Below are positions 46,990 through 59,720 of a stretch of 64,000 bases of DNA, one piece after another. The stretch covers positions 8,499,018 through 8,563,017 of the forward strand of contig BDGG01000001.1 in NCBI GenBank assembly GCA_001949185.1. Reading direction: 5' to 3'. The stretch comes from Ramazzottius varieornatus (Eukaryota > Animalia > Tardigrada). Below the pieces are notes generated by a model. The model was given only the letters and a program-made list of their open reading frames with translations, was not told the DNA's origin and ran no database searches. The position numbers and the translations under genes are program-made. Position 1 is the stretch's first letter; every line of letters begins with the position of its first letter.

Positions 46990-48010
46990 AATCATGGATA
47001 GCCAAAATTTTAAGTGATTCATCTGTTCGAATTTTATCAAGGCTTCAACGCATCCCACACAGGCGCGAAGACATGCTTTGTTTCTCTTGATAAAGAAGCT
47101 ATTAGTTAAATCGCTGAGGTTGGGTAATTCTTCTCAGCTCTGGAGATTTCTAGGTCGGAAGTCACCCTTACGGAAGACCGAAACTGCCGTTGGACAATAA
47201 CATACTCGGGGAGTCTGTTCAATCCAATTCTCCCCGAACTCTGGTAAAATCTTTACGAGACTCTAAGGTGTCTAATTAAATCTTTGCTGGACATCCGGAC
47301 AAAACGGGAAGACAAAACACTTGTGGAATCGGATTCCCCGTTTACCTCGCGCACCTTACTATGAACGCAGAATTTGGTTTTCCGTAACCTCAAGTTCCTG
47401 AATGACAGCAAACTGATCCCCAGGTCACATCGTTACCGGTGACAACGAATGGACTTTGTAAGACATTCTGAAGCAAAAATTGGAATGTCTCGAAGCAGCG
47501 GAAGTGCCGCAGAAAATATCGAGTCGTGAGCTGCACCACAGGCAAACTACGGTTACTGTCTTGTTGCTATCATATAGTGTAGAGCGCTGTAAAATCGTTC
47601 TGCCCAGCATAGCGATAGGTGTGAACTACACCTCTCTGGAATGGGTAAGAATGATGGGAAAAAAATGTCGTTCACTGAACGAAATTATTCAGTTAACTCA
47701 AAGCACTACTGTTGCACGTCAGCTCTAGAGTGCACACTGACCAAAACGCTTTCGCAAACTGCAGGAGGAGAAAATGGAAACTCTCCTTCACACACCAAGA
47801 AGTCGGGATCCGATCCTAACGGACCATCCCCATATCGCAAAATCAGAGCACCTGTACTGAGATAGAAAAACTTTCTCCAGAGAGGCTGCAAAAAATGGGT
47901 GCGGAGAGTTTATCTTTTACCTTTCCCCATACAGCTACAGCAAAAGGCACGAACACGACACCAAAAAACTGAATGAAGTACCTTGCTAGTATGGGTGGAT
48001 AACCTGATCA
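46990..48010 (+). pseudogene. Highly degenerate mariner transposase
   Basis: HIVTGDNEW (cf. IVTGDEKW) at 47426, RELHHRQTTVTV (cf. LH..K.M…W), LLHTPRSRDPILTDHPHI (cf. HPPYSPDLAPSDYHLF) and a decayed C-terminus, all in the expected order. Confidence 0.7.
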
Positions 48011-48859
48011 AAATTTCCGAGGTTCGAAGTCAGGAGAAATTTTTGAAAATTTTCGTCGGAGGAGTAACAAGTCATGCTTCCGCATCTGATAACGTTTGAA
48101 GCTGCTTTCCGCGTAGAGGCATAGCTCGTTTGCGTGCAATGAAACGTAAGATGGAAAATCCAGCTGAAATGACTTGCCGTGACGACGACTTTTTGCCTTG
48201 AACAAACCGGGGTCTCTGCAACTGCGTCTGTAAGTATTCATTCTTGAATCACCTTTAATGAGAACACAACTCTCCAGGTCCGTACTCGAAATTGAGAAAA
48301 TTTGAAGGAATATCACACTGACCCTCTGTTTCACAACTCTTGTACCTTAATTCGCTCTGGTCGTTATTCTCCTGCTGTAAAGTTTTACAGGTTATCAATC
48401 CAATCAACACGGTTACTCTATCCAGTCAAAGAATCAAGCGTCTACCAACAGCAGCTTCGAACATTGGTTGACAGGGTACGCTGCATCTGCCAATCAAATC
48501 CGTTGACAGCTCACTTCTCGGCGTTAACGAATTTCCGCCCCGAAAAGCCAAAGCTCCAGATCAGTTGCTCACCAAATCTGTGGTAGAAACAGGGGAAACT
48601 TTAAATGCCTCATATACCTTGCAGAGAGTCTCTCTGCAGGTTTCCTCCAAGTGGACTCTGAAATTACTCTCAGTCGCTTTCCTTCTTCTACCAGGTATGT
48701 TCATTTCACAGTTTTATGGCGGCTACCACCGATCACCCGTATGACCTGTGTGGGACGTGTTGATGAGCGAAGCAAAGTTGATGAACTTAAAGACCACAAA
48801 AGTATGCGGAGAAAGCGCAGAAAGGCTGGCGACACAGCAGAGCCAACTAACTGCTGATC

Positions 48860-50130
48860 CCGAAGTCGACGTTCCCTTCCACCAAACGCTCCGATGAATC
48901 TTCCAGTTTCCCCGGAACCGCGAACGGATTCCTAAAGGTGAGAGACCGTCCGTAGCAGCAGCACTCCTGAAGCTCATGAGAGATCGCGTACAGAAGTATG
49001 ACACTGCCGACTGTTTATGGCTTTCTCCGCGAAAGTTTTCGCCTAGCTTGACAAAGCCACGAAAAGACAGTAAAATCTCTCACGTTCATCGTCAAGGCTA
49101 ACATCCCCCAACCACAAGCCACGAGTGCAGTCCAGCAAAAGCCCACAAACGGAAAGCTGAGCTCAAAATCCATCGTCAGGTGCACATTTCCGGGAGTATG
49201 GCTCCCGTCTGTTGCAGAGCTGATGCTGCTAGGAGCTCGTGTTCTTCAAAAAGTAATACCTAGTGTGCTGACAGAAATGACAAGTTGAACTGATTTCAAC
49301 AAGGCTGGAGAACATCGATGCACACTACGCTTTTTTTCTTCTTAAGAACTGTCTGTTTCTACCTAAGGTGCTTCACGATCTCTTTTGCAGTCCCGTTTGG
49401 AAGCGCCCAGACCGTCTTCGCGTCTTCGACGAAATCTACCGCTCCGAAGTTAACGAACAACAAGATGTCCGATTCTGTCTGGAAACAAGACAGCTTTCCT
49501 ATCGCTAGAGGTGGCCTTGGCCTGCGCGGGTCGACAAGATTGCTTTCCGGCTCACTTGGCACCTATCTTCTTGGTTAAGGCTTTGGTCTCGTCAGCAGTC
49601 ACCGATGCAGTTGACAGTGGGCTTTGTGTGGGGTAGGACACGAAGCAGCAGTCCAGAAAAGAGCTTCGTAGTGTGGAGTTCGGAACCTGGGCTTCGACGT
49701 GTTCCAGATTCAGGTGACATCCGAGGGTGCAGGTGGCGACAATGTTTCGGACTTCTGATCGTGTCGCTATGCCGACAGACGTGTGCCTTGTCCTGGTGGT
49801 GTTTTCCTTGTCAGCCAGCTGACCGAATCGTGGACATCCAAGGTCTTCCAGGTTTTTGCCGGCAGGTATGCAGTTTTCCGACGGGCGATACTTCTGCAAA
49901 CCCCTGACGTAGAAGTAGATGTTCGCAGGTCGTGCGATTAGATAACCATCGAAGAGGGCGCTACAGGAGTTCGGAACGTCGTGCGGAGCGCGAAATCCTC
50001 TGGACCCCCAGATCAGTCCGTGCGAATGCGTTGCTTGATTGATCAGGTCACGACCTCGTTCGGCAGCGTTTGATGGTAGCTCGGCAGTGAACATGTGGCC
50101 GTTGGTCTATTTTCCAGCATTCTTTTCATG
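48860..50130 (+). mobile_element. Second, heavily decayed CRE-like non-LTR fragment
   Basis: FFLLKNCLFLPKVL…SPVWK and WKQDSFPIARGGLGLR (thumb region), followed by decayed zinc-knuckle and RLE segments. Confidence 0.65.
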
Positions 50131-50579
50131 GACTACGAAAAAAATGCGGCTTGATATGTAGCTTTTGGTCAATTGTCAACAGGTCAGTTTAATACGACTT
50201 TGGTTTTCATGCTGAAGACTGTAAGTGAGTTGAAGGGATGATCTCATATCCGATTTATGCTCGACTTTGAGTTCCTTACGGATCCATCGTGTGTGAACCT
50301 GCACTGGCTAGTGGTCCTGACCACTGGGAAGGCCGAGCGAATGCGATAATAACAAAAGAGCAAAAAAATGCGGAGGATGACGGATCAGGCTCTTCAAACC
50401 CCCCTTCCCCCTTCCCTTTTGCGGAAGACTTCTGAAACTGGCAAAGTCTTTCTTGTGGTTGGATGTTTTCCTCAATGCTCCCTTGTGACAGGCATATGGA
50501 GTTTGCTTTGGATTGCGAATAAAAAGTTTTTGCAACCCCGGCCAACTCGCGCATCGTTTCACATAATAGAGTTTGCGAT

Positions 50580-51130
50580 ATTGGAAAGCTTCACCATTTA
50601 CGACACACATTGACTTTTCGACAGGCCTATAAAGGACTCGCTTCGCTCGTCCTGAATATTGGGCAAATCTGATTTTATGCTCCGGATAATTGAGGAAAAG
50701 ATCTAGTTCATCGACCACGCTCCCATTCGCATTGCGTACTACTACAGATGAGATTAGCCCAAGTTTGAAGAAATTGCTCTCGAACACCTCGAACAATTGA
50801 ATTTCATCACAGCAGGTGGTGGATTTTGACCACATTTCCGACTATAAAGTTTCCACTCTGTTGATAGTGGATGATCTTGCTCAGACGGTGGCCAGTGACC
50901 GTCGTTGCAGCACGATCTTCACTCAAGATTCTCACCATGAGAACGTTTCTGTCATCTTGGTTTCTGTCATCTTAGCAGAACTTGTACACTCAAGGAAGAT
51001 TCGTGCGGGATAATCAGCTGAACACGCAGTATATCGTACTGCACACAAACTGCCGTGCTCGAAACGACGATGCACGGACCTTTCGACGATGGAGATGTGT
51101 TCTAAAATTGCTAGCCCTGAAGCGCTACCC
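50580..51130 (+). pseudogene. Polinton A32-like packaging ATPase
   Basis: Decayed Walker A (…LGKSDFMLRII), then PIRIAYYY, LLIVDDLA…IFTQDSHHENVSVIL and LNTQYIVL. Confidence 0.8.
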
Positions 51131-52107
51131 TTATTATAGGGAAGCAGCAAGTACTGCAAAGAGGCGGTTTCATTGGAGGCATTTTGCCTATCGCTGCTTC
51201 AGTTTTATCTATCTTTGTCAGCAATGGATGAGTACTGCATAGGGCTTAAATGAATACTGGATGCTCAGAAGCAAGAGATGCCGGCTTCACCACCCGCCGA
51301 CGCCCGTGACGTTATAACTCAGCGCGGTTTAATCAGATTCATGTGTGATCGTTCTGATATTAACGAACAAGAACGAAACCACATGTTCAGCACTACCCTG
51401 GAGAAGTACGTGGCTCTAACCAACGAACATCAGGAAACCAATCGTGCCATCAGCGCTCCTCAATAGACGGCTTCTATTTGCGGTCCTGTGTGCCCCAGGT
51501 TGATTTCCCAACGTAAGTAACCGCTGCTCTTGCGGAAAAGATATCATTCCGAGAAAAGAGGGTGGCCGGGAGGGAAGAGGATGCAAAAAGACCGCACAGT
51601 CAGGAACTGAAGTAGCCGTTCAGCGTATGCCAGCTGTCACCTCTGTGGCTACTGCACCTCGGGCAAGATGACGAAAACGTACAGCCAAAGACGAGACATC
51701 TAACAAACGGATTAATCAAGGATCAGAGGTTGAGCTGCGACCACAGCGTGCTCGTACCGTAACTTCAGTGGCCACTGCTCGTCCAGTACGACGAGTCAAA
51801 GAAGATCCGATATAAGCAGCATCAAGAACTGGAAGACAAAGTTGTCGACGACTCTCTCGTTACAAAGTTGGAGCCGATAGAGACTCCCACCAAGCCCCCA
51901 AGCAGCAGCAGAGAGAGAAGCCTGTCGAGCCCATCAACAAGCGTCACCATGACAAAAAGCGGGCATCCAACCGTAAATGTAGCGGCACGGAAATTAGGTT
52001 GCTGAAACCCAAAAGGACGAAAGAGCGGGTAGGATAATTAAAGTCTGGATGGATTTTTCTTCGATAACTGTAAGAATGGCCGGGTGTTTGCCCACGGTAT
52101 TTTGACA

Positions 52108-52141
52108 TATGTTACGTTATGTTACGTTATGTTACGTTAAG
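52108..52141. repeat. Short tandem repeat (ATGTTACGTT)x3
   Basis: Visible directly in the sequence. Confidence 0.85.
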
Positions 52142-52159
52142 TTTGCCAGTTATTGTTGT

Positions 52160-54200
52160 CATAATAGGCGCCCCGTGGCACAAAACACCTGCATCCTCGT
52201 CGTCCGGTTCACTTGGTAGCGTCGAGCGGTTGAAACGCGCAAACGAAGGGGACGAAGATCCTAAGAGCATTCAACGAGTACTGCAACACGTCAAGACGAC
52301 CACTACTAGAAAATCAGTCCGACGCAAGTTCACGCAGAATCGCCTCATTACAGAAACCTCAAACAACAGTACGAGGTCGACCGAAGCAAGTACGCGGGCA
52401 CTACCAAGAGGTACACCCTTGGAAAAACCTCGCCCAGTATGCCCGTAACTCGCATGACCATTAACCACTATATGATCTTCAATCTGTTCGCGGGTACTTG
52501 GAAAAGGCTATACAATAATGCGCTGTGTTTAGATTCAGCGTGAAAGAAGCCAACGGGCATGCGGCTGGCTCCCAGTCTGCCCCAAAAAGTGCCATCACGT
52601 GGGTGGCCAAACTTAACATGGGAACGCCTCTTCGTTCGGCTTGAATATTCTACAGTCGTGATGCAACGTTTTCGGGACTTTCCCCTTCACCCAAATTCCA
52701 TCCCCTTCTCCCTTCCTACACCCCTTTCCCCTACCCTCTTCCCCCTTGCCCTTTGCCCCTGGCTTCTTGCTTTTTGCCCTCTGCCCCTTGCCCTGCTCCT
52801 TCCCTACTCCCTTTCTCCGTCCCCTTACCTCCTCCCGCGACCCTTCCCCTCCGCCCCCTTGTTCCGTCGGAGTCTTTTGGGAAGGCATTACCCGGATCGG
52901 GAAGATCGGCTGCTCATAGCGTGGGTTCAACTGATGGTCGTTCCAAGAAAGTATATCCGCGTCTCGCGCGGCACCACGTTCTTGGAGCAACTAACCGTTC
53001 AACTACTGCTAATCGAAAGAATAGTTGTTTGAAGGCCGTGGATGAATTGATGGAAACAATTTGTGGACACCTGTATACACGGAAATCATGCTCCAAAGGC
53101 AGGACAATCTATGTAGGAGTTCGGGGAAAGGTGGAGTTGCTCGCTTCCGTATGTTCGATCGGGAATCAGAAACTACGGTCGGCCATGCACGGGCATATTG
53201 CTAGCCAGGAACATCCAACTGCTACTGAGTATGCATGTGCGTGAGTGAACGCATCACGCACGTGCGCGCGATGTTTTAGATCGGCTGTGGCGCGCTCGCC
53301 GATGGCCGTGCGTTTGGCGCCGAGTCAGTCTCAAACCGCTTCATTTTTATTGTTCCTTTGTGGCCAAACTTAAAATTGCCCGACTCTCTCTTTAAAAGCA
53401 CCTCGCTTCGCTCGGCCGGAAGATGACGGCGTACGAAGTTTGCTAGAAGTGGTCGACTGCTTCAGTAGATGCGCATCAGTACAGGCCTTGCTTAGTAGAG
53501 AAAGTATAGTGGTTAAACTGGCTCTTGAACGAGTCTTCAAGTAGCTGGATATGTCGGAGAAATAACAGGTTGGTAAAGGCTCAGAATTCTACAACGCAGT
53601 GGACAGGAGCTTTTTGAGTGAGAAAGAGGTTATGACCTTCTTTACCGAGAACAATTACATCAAATGCGGCATGGTTGAGCGGTTAATTCGTGCCTTTAAG
53701 ACTCGGATATTTCGCTATTTCCAATCCCTCTACAACACTCGCTACAGTGATCGGCCACGTGATGTTTTTTTACGCCCACCATCATTCCGTACACAGTGCC
53801 CCGTGGGAAAAAAAACCTGACGATGCTAAGCCAGAGAACTCGGTTTCGGACTTCAGCTTACTGTGCGGTAGAGTGCTCCCAGGAAAGTCAGGGATACCTC
53901 GGTCGAAGGTTGAGGATCTTGTCCGCATCTCAAAAACATACTACAGTTTGAAAAAGGGTGCGACGATAACTTCAGCTTGACATCTATTAGACGACCAAAG
54001 TCAAACGACTGTCGTTCGTGTATGCGAAGGAGAAGAATCCCAATACCAATAAGGCTATTACAGGTTAGCTTTGTCAACCGGAATTGTCACTGGTTCGCGA
54101 TCGTATGAACTTGACATTTAAGTCGTGAAGTACTGGAGCGACGAACTCGTAATCGCCGACAGAAAGTCTTGTCAGGCGGCTGGAATACGGACTCGAAAAC
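52160..54200 (+). pseudogene. Polinton-type rve integrase, split by a 1-kb insertion
   Basis: N-part GSLGSVERL…VRRKF…; after the insertion DDGVRSLLEVVDCFSR, GKGSEFYN, KCGMVERLIRAFKTRIFRYF, SKVEDLVRISK and a chromo-like VKYW remnant. Confidence 0.82.
52398..53417. mobile_element. Unclassified non-autonomous insertion in the integrase, containing a C/T-rich tract
   Basis: Flanked by GG on both sides; excision restores KYAEDDGVRSLL in frame. Ends in CCTCGCTTCGCTCGGCC and has a pyrimidine-rich tract at about 52680-52860. Confidence 0.65.
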
Positions 54201-54220
54201 GATTCATAGATACCAGCAAG

Positions 54221-54900
54221 ATGGACGAAGACAATGGCTTTCGCCTCACTCTACCCAGTGATGCCTGCATGGAAAACTATCCAACCAACAACGCAGCCAG
54301 CTGGACCACCAAGCTAGGAACTCCATCGACCTGGAAGGCCGGTGGGACATGAGCCTTTCCGGACTTCACTACATGCAGAGCACGTGTTTCATTCCCACGG
54401 ATCAATAGATGGTTGTCTACTATCCCCACAGTAACATTTCGTCTGCCCGACTGTACCGAGACTGTCCCAGCTGGGGTGTATATTCAACCCAATCTTTGAT
54501 TGATTGCACCAGTCGACAGACAGGCACTCTACTGCCATACCCAGACGCGGAACCGATCACACAGTTTAAAATCAAAATCCGGCCCGATCGCCGTGTGTAT
54601 ATCTTCGTGGGTGCCCCTTGAGCCACCGTCTACATTGACGCCGCTTCGATAATCTTGCAGCCCATACTGGGATTCAACCTGAATCAAAGCATCTTAACTC
54701 CAACGCATGAGGAGAGCAAGATCTACGTTGGCAAAGACTAACCTGAGTATCCCATCAAGCATGCTGGCAAACGTCTTGTTGATCTGAAATCTGGTAACCA
54801 ACCCATGTTCGGTACTGTGACGGAGCTGACTATTTCTACTCAAGCGACACTTTGTTGCAAACTTTAAGGGCTGTACCTATAAGAAGCGAAGCGATGGAGG
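54221..54900 (+). pseudogene. Polinton minor capsid (penton-like) protein
   Basis: FRLTLPSDACMENYPTNNAASWTTKL…(frameshift)GRWDMSLSGLHY matches F..TLPSN….P.N….F.T.L…G.WEV.L. The later DLKSG…YCD…DTLLQTLRAVP also fits. Confidence 0.75.
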
Positions 54901-55016
54901 TCGAAACGGAATCTTGACTTGCGCATGTTCAACCACCTGTTAGGGACTATCTTCGACTTCGAAAGCTGGGTTCTAGAGAAGTTTTGCCTCTGTGCTACTG
55001 TACGTAATATTACACC

Positions 55017-55919
55017 ATGGGAAAATTTAGGACTCAGGCTGTGTACAGAGTATCGGAGGCTCAGAGAAATCTGCGAGCTCAGGCGGAAAGTGGAATGTCG
55101 CTGCGAGCTTATGCAAAAGCGGTGAAGATACCGCGTTCAACGATATCTCTGTGGAGGTTGGACAAAGTTTGAAGCTGTTTGCGTCTTTAACCGTTCATGT
55201 TCTAAATATATATCGTTTCAGAAAAAAGTTACCTGAAGGCACTTTTAAGGACGACGTAAGCCGATGTACGAGCCAATAGAGAAAAGGGTCTATAACGAAG
55301 TGATCAAAAGTAGAAATATTGGACTTCCGGTGCGCAATAGCGACGTCTGATCTTGGGCATTACAGTTCGCCAAGGCATTGAATATCCACGGATTCAAAGC
55401 GTCTTGTGGTTGGATATCCAAGCTAAAGAAGAAGTATCGTTTGACTTATCGAGCAATAACTAAGGTCGGACGAAACACCACGAAGACTCCCGCAGACGAA
55501 GTAAGCCGAACACAAACTCCCTCGCTGGTTTTACCGTTTCCTGTAAATCTGTTGAGGCTTATGCTGTCTTTTGTTTGCTCGAATAGCTTGCCGAACATGT
55601 TTTCATGGAGCGAGTGGAAGCAATCGTCACTCTGGAGAAAACCCATCCAGGCCGTATAATCAACTTTGACCAGACTAGTGTCCTCTTGCAAAACACGTAC
55701 GGAAAGACTTCATCACCTGTTGGAGTCAAACAAGTTCACGTCGTTCAGCCACCCGGTGAGAAGGAACGATTTACGGTAGGCCTCGCTGTGACGGGAGACG
55801 GACAGAAATTTCCAGCTGTGATAGTTTTCACAGGTGGAGTGAAGACTGGTCAGCTCTCGCGTAACATTCTAGCGAAGTTAGTGATTCCCGGCAACGTCAA
55901 CGTCTTTTCTACCCGAACT
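55017..55919 (+). pseudogene. 5' half of a spliced pogo/CENP-B-like transposase
   Basis: HTH MSLRAYAKAVKIPRSTISLW, CENP-B HTH FKASCGWISKLKKKY, and DDE start IINFDQT…EKERFTVGLAVTGDGQKFPAVIVF. Breaks off before the second Asp. Confidence 0.85.
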
Positions 55920-55958
55920 CATTTAACATTTGGTCATAGTGCAATTTGTTTTCTAGGT

Positions 55959-57911
55959 GAGGGGACAGTTGGATAACGTATCTAGCAGAATCTCCCTGAC
56001 GTTAGACCCATGAACATCTGTAGCCCAGGAAGGATACATGGGGATTACTGCACACTGGGCGGCTTCTGAATTCGAGCTAGAGGAACTACTGCTCGGGTTT
56101 GTCAGCTTACATTCCGGGGAACCGCTGAAAGAAGAAGTCATGGAAATCTTAAGAGAGTACGGTATCGCACACAAGACGTTCGGTTGGACCGTGGATGGGG
56201 CTGCTAACATGAAAGCCTTTTTTAACGATATAAAACCAGAACTTCAACTAGAACGCCAAAGCCAGAATTTTAATACACAAGGTTCAACATCACGAACCAG
56301 TTTCGTACGAGAAAAGTTCAAAGACTAACTTGCTTTGGTAACTAGGACCTAATGTGCTGGAAAAATATTTTTCATTTGTTTTTTGCAGTGTCAGAATTCC
56401 GTCTACGATGTGTCTGCCATGTAATGGACAACGTAGCGGAAGTTGGTGTCGAAGATGACCTGAAGATTGTAAGCCGAATACGCGAAATGGTGAAATTCGT
56501 CCGAAAGCCTAAAGCAAAGAAGCAGTACATCGCGCTACGAGAGTCAGAGAAGGACAAGGACAAAGACAGGCACCTCAGATTACCCTTGGATGTCTCGACA
56601 AGATGGAACAGTACTCTACCAATGCTGCGCGGTGCTTACGAGGCAAGACATCATCTGAAAAGGTATGCTGCTACTTATGGTACCACCGCGTTCAAGAAGA
56701 ATTTGCTCAAAGATTCCGAATGGGAAGACGTGAGCCGTCTGATAAGTTTCCTGGTGCCGTTAGAGCAAGCTACTAACGACTGCTCGGCATCACGCTGTCC
56801 TACGTTTCACCTCGGCAAGCAGTGTCTTTCGATTCTCCACGACCACATCAAGGTAAAATAGTTAAGTGAGAGAAGAGCTGCGTTAATTTGTCAAATGTGG
56901 TTCCACGTGTCCACTTTGGATCATAGATTCTCTAGTTACTTTATTGGAACAAACCTATTTTTTCACGGAATTCAATCTAGTTATATATTGAAAATCCGAA
57001 TTGAAGTTGCTCTTCTCTCAGGTTAATTATTTTTCCTTAAGGTTATGCAAGATAATCCAACCGAGGTAAGGGTGAACTTCCGAATTCACTAAATTGGTGT
57101 TTGTGCATGATAATCATTTGCAGAAACCCTATATCAAAAGAACTGCTGCGAAGATGGCAGCCAAGCTGACGTCAGTGGAGCCCGATAGTTGGCAGCAAGA
57201 AGCCGCAACCGTGGCTCTTCTTTTGGATCCACGCGTCAAAACAAATGCCTTCGCGAACCCGGAAGAGAAGCTACGAGCCATTGAAGTGCTGAAGAAATAC
57301 GTCGGTCCTTACTCAGATCAGAGTATCGTAATTCCGCACAGTTCCACTGTTACAAACTCACAGCCTGCATCTCTACGCGATTCTTTCCTGCGAAAAATCA
57401 CCAGCGGTTTGACTGCTCAACAGAACGAAGTCGACAGTTATCTCGGAAGATCTGCGGAGCCAAAATGTGACGTGCTGCTGTGGTGGAAGTCCCGCCGTGA
57501 TGTTTTCCCTGTTTTATCTAAAATCGTAATAGACTTCATGGCTGTATCTGCATCTTCGGTACCACCTGAACGTTTGTTTTCTCGCGCTGGCGAGGTTGTT
57601 ACCAAGTATAGAAGTTCGCTTGATAGTTTCACCGTGCAAGTTTCAATGTGTTTAAAATCGTGGTATTTTTTTGCGTTTCCGTGTGCGGCGCAGTTTGATT
57701 TGTTGATGTCGAACTAATATTGAAAACTAGCTCTTAATAATTTTTCGGTTTTTCGATTTGGTATGGTGTGGTGTACCGAAAGTTTGGTGTGGGATTTGCA
57801 CCACACTAAAAAAAGTGGTGCGACTTTCGCACCGAAAAAGTAATCTCGGTGTGGAGAAACACCAAACCGAAAAACACCACACCACACTTTATCACACTTT
57901 TTCCAGGTCTA
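55959..57911 (+). mobile_element. 3' part of a hAT transposon (spliced transposase ending 57717, plus right terminus)
   Basis: Motifs ISLTLDP*TS…YMGITAHW, VDGAANM, RCVCH, DVSTRWNST, LLDPRVK and LLWWK…SASSVPPERLFSRAG. Subterminal GGTGTGG/CCACACC repeats at 57760-57900, and an end whose reverse complement starts TAGACCTGG. Confidence 0.88.
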
Positions 57912-58699
57912 CCAGCTACCCAATCAAGCCTTACGTGGCCGAATTTCGAAGGCAACGCTGCTTGAAAGGCAACGGTGGGTTACTACACACTCTGCATCAA
58001 TGACATGAACCGTCAAATTCAATTTAATCGAGAAGCCTATGGCGTGGATCCACTATCTTTGGCTTCGGCTTGACACCAGGTGCAACGGCCCGAGGACCCA
58101 TGACCCTGATCAAAGAGGGAACACTGTCTTTAGCCATGTCCTTCGCTTCCCCACTGCATTTGGTTTTCAGTATGGTGACAATGTTTGTTCGCGCTAATTT
58201 ATTTGAGGTACATGAATCTAAGCAACTTTCTAACAGAAACAATACTCACAGCTCCTACTTATACATCGCCGAGCGTCGTCAAGTGGTTGCCGACTTTACG
58301 CCATGAACACCCCGGACATTCAACCAGCACTGGAGTCTAACCCCATAACCAAGAATATATTCCGAGGGGTCGTCAGCTGTGACAACGTGCCTACCTTTAA
58401 CACCTATGTAAGACTTTAACACATATGCAAGACTCAATACAGAACGAAGAACGAGAGCCAAGGAGCGTCAAGCGTTTACCGTAAAAAAGAATTTGTGGCA
58501 AACTCGCAAGTCGGGTTTTGACGCCACAACCATGAATAGTTGAACAGCCACCATACCGCACTATGCTGAACTAGCTGCAATTCCGATTACGCTATCTTCC
58601 GGAAATAAGGGGAGCTCCGGAAAGCAGATTGTGGTTACACGTCACAAAAGGGGCGGAGCAAGCCTTTGTTACAGCCGGAAAGTGAAGTTTTTGTGGCTA

Positions 58700-59720
58700 C
58701 TCAATCTGTGTACTTTTTGAGAAATCTGCCACATGAAAAAGGCTCTCGTTGAAATGGAAAGCATCTCGGAGAAAAATGTCGATCAACCGATGGACGTCGC
58801 AACATCAAGAATCGAGCTACTTCTACAGAGGTGATCTGACCAGGAGAGGTCAGTTTTCCGCTAACAACAGGTAGGCTTGGATGACATGTCCATCGAGAAT
58901 CTTCTCCGTCACGCCTTTCCACTCCGCAGTGGCGATGGGAGAGTTGGCTTGTCCTTTTTTGATCGCGTTGATGCACAATGCCCGCTCTCCTTCAGATTCT
59001 TGTAGTGAACGCCTCCGGTCTTGTTGAACTGGGTGCAGACCGTGCGCCCTTCCCTCGAACGTCCGCCAGAAACATGTAGACGCACTGGGCGATGGCTGTA
59101 CACAAAGTGATGCTCGCCTGTCCCTTAAGGTCGTTGAGAAGGACGTCGGGATACTTGTTGGGTTGACGTCACCCAACATTCCGACCAGAACCTTCAACGC
59201 ATCTTGCAAGGAAAAGTCATGGTTAAAGATAGCATACAAAGAAATAAAAACAGTTCAATTGAATGATAGTGTTCGCCACTTACCATAGTTTTGAAGAGAT
59301 GCGTGATGTTGCTGAAGACTTTCTCGCCGGAGGAAAATCCGTTCTTTGGGGATTACATATCCTTGGACTTTCCACGCCCGGAGAAGGTACGAACGGTGGC
59401 CAAGCCCGATGACTGGAAACGGCTCCAGGTGAAGTACACGTTACCAGATAGGTCGAAGAGCGGAGACAATGAGGCGGATTTCTTGGTGTTATTCTTGAGC
59501 TCGGTAAAATTCGCTCTGCCGCAGGGAAAGAGACCGTAGAAGTTCGAAAACTTTGCGACCTTAAGCTCGATGGCCTTACTTGATAGCATGGACACCCCCT
59601 TTCTTTTCTGACTTGACCGGTGTGGTGGGCTTGTCCTTGTGCTTCAGCTTGCTGGTCGCAGGAGAATCGGCGACGGCAGTATGGGCGACTACCAAGCTGG
59701 AGGAATATGGATGGCAAGAA
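58700..59720 (-). pseudogene. Degenerate spliced gene, possibly BEN/DUF4806-like at the C-terminus
   Basis: GTAAGT donor near 59282 and CAG acceptor near 59208. The frameshifted DALKVLVGMLGDV…SGGRS…KNLK…CINAIKK…WKGVTEKIL pattern is suggestive only. Confidence 0.3.

Larger units (their letters stand above)
50560..54910 (+). mobile_element. Polinton/Maverick (adintovirus-like) relic
   Basis: Co-oriented remnants of a packaging ATPase, a small GGF-motif protein, a retroviral-type integrase and a minor capsid protein. Confidence 0.82.

Noticed and set aside
52559-53032. Pro/Leu-rich and Gly/Lys-rich ORFs
   Set aside because: Translations of the pyrimidine tract.
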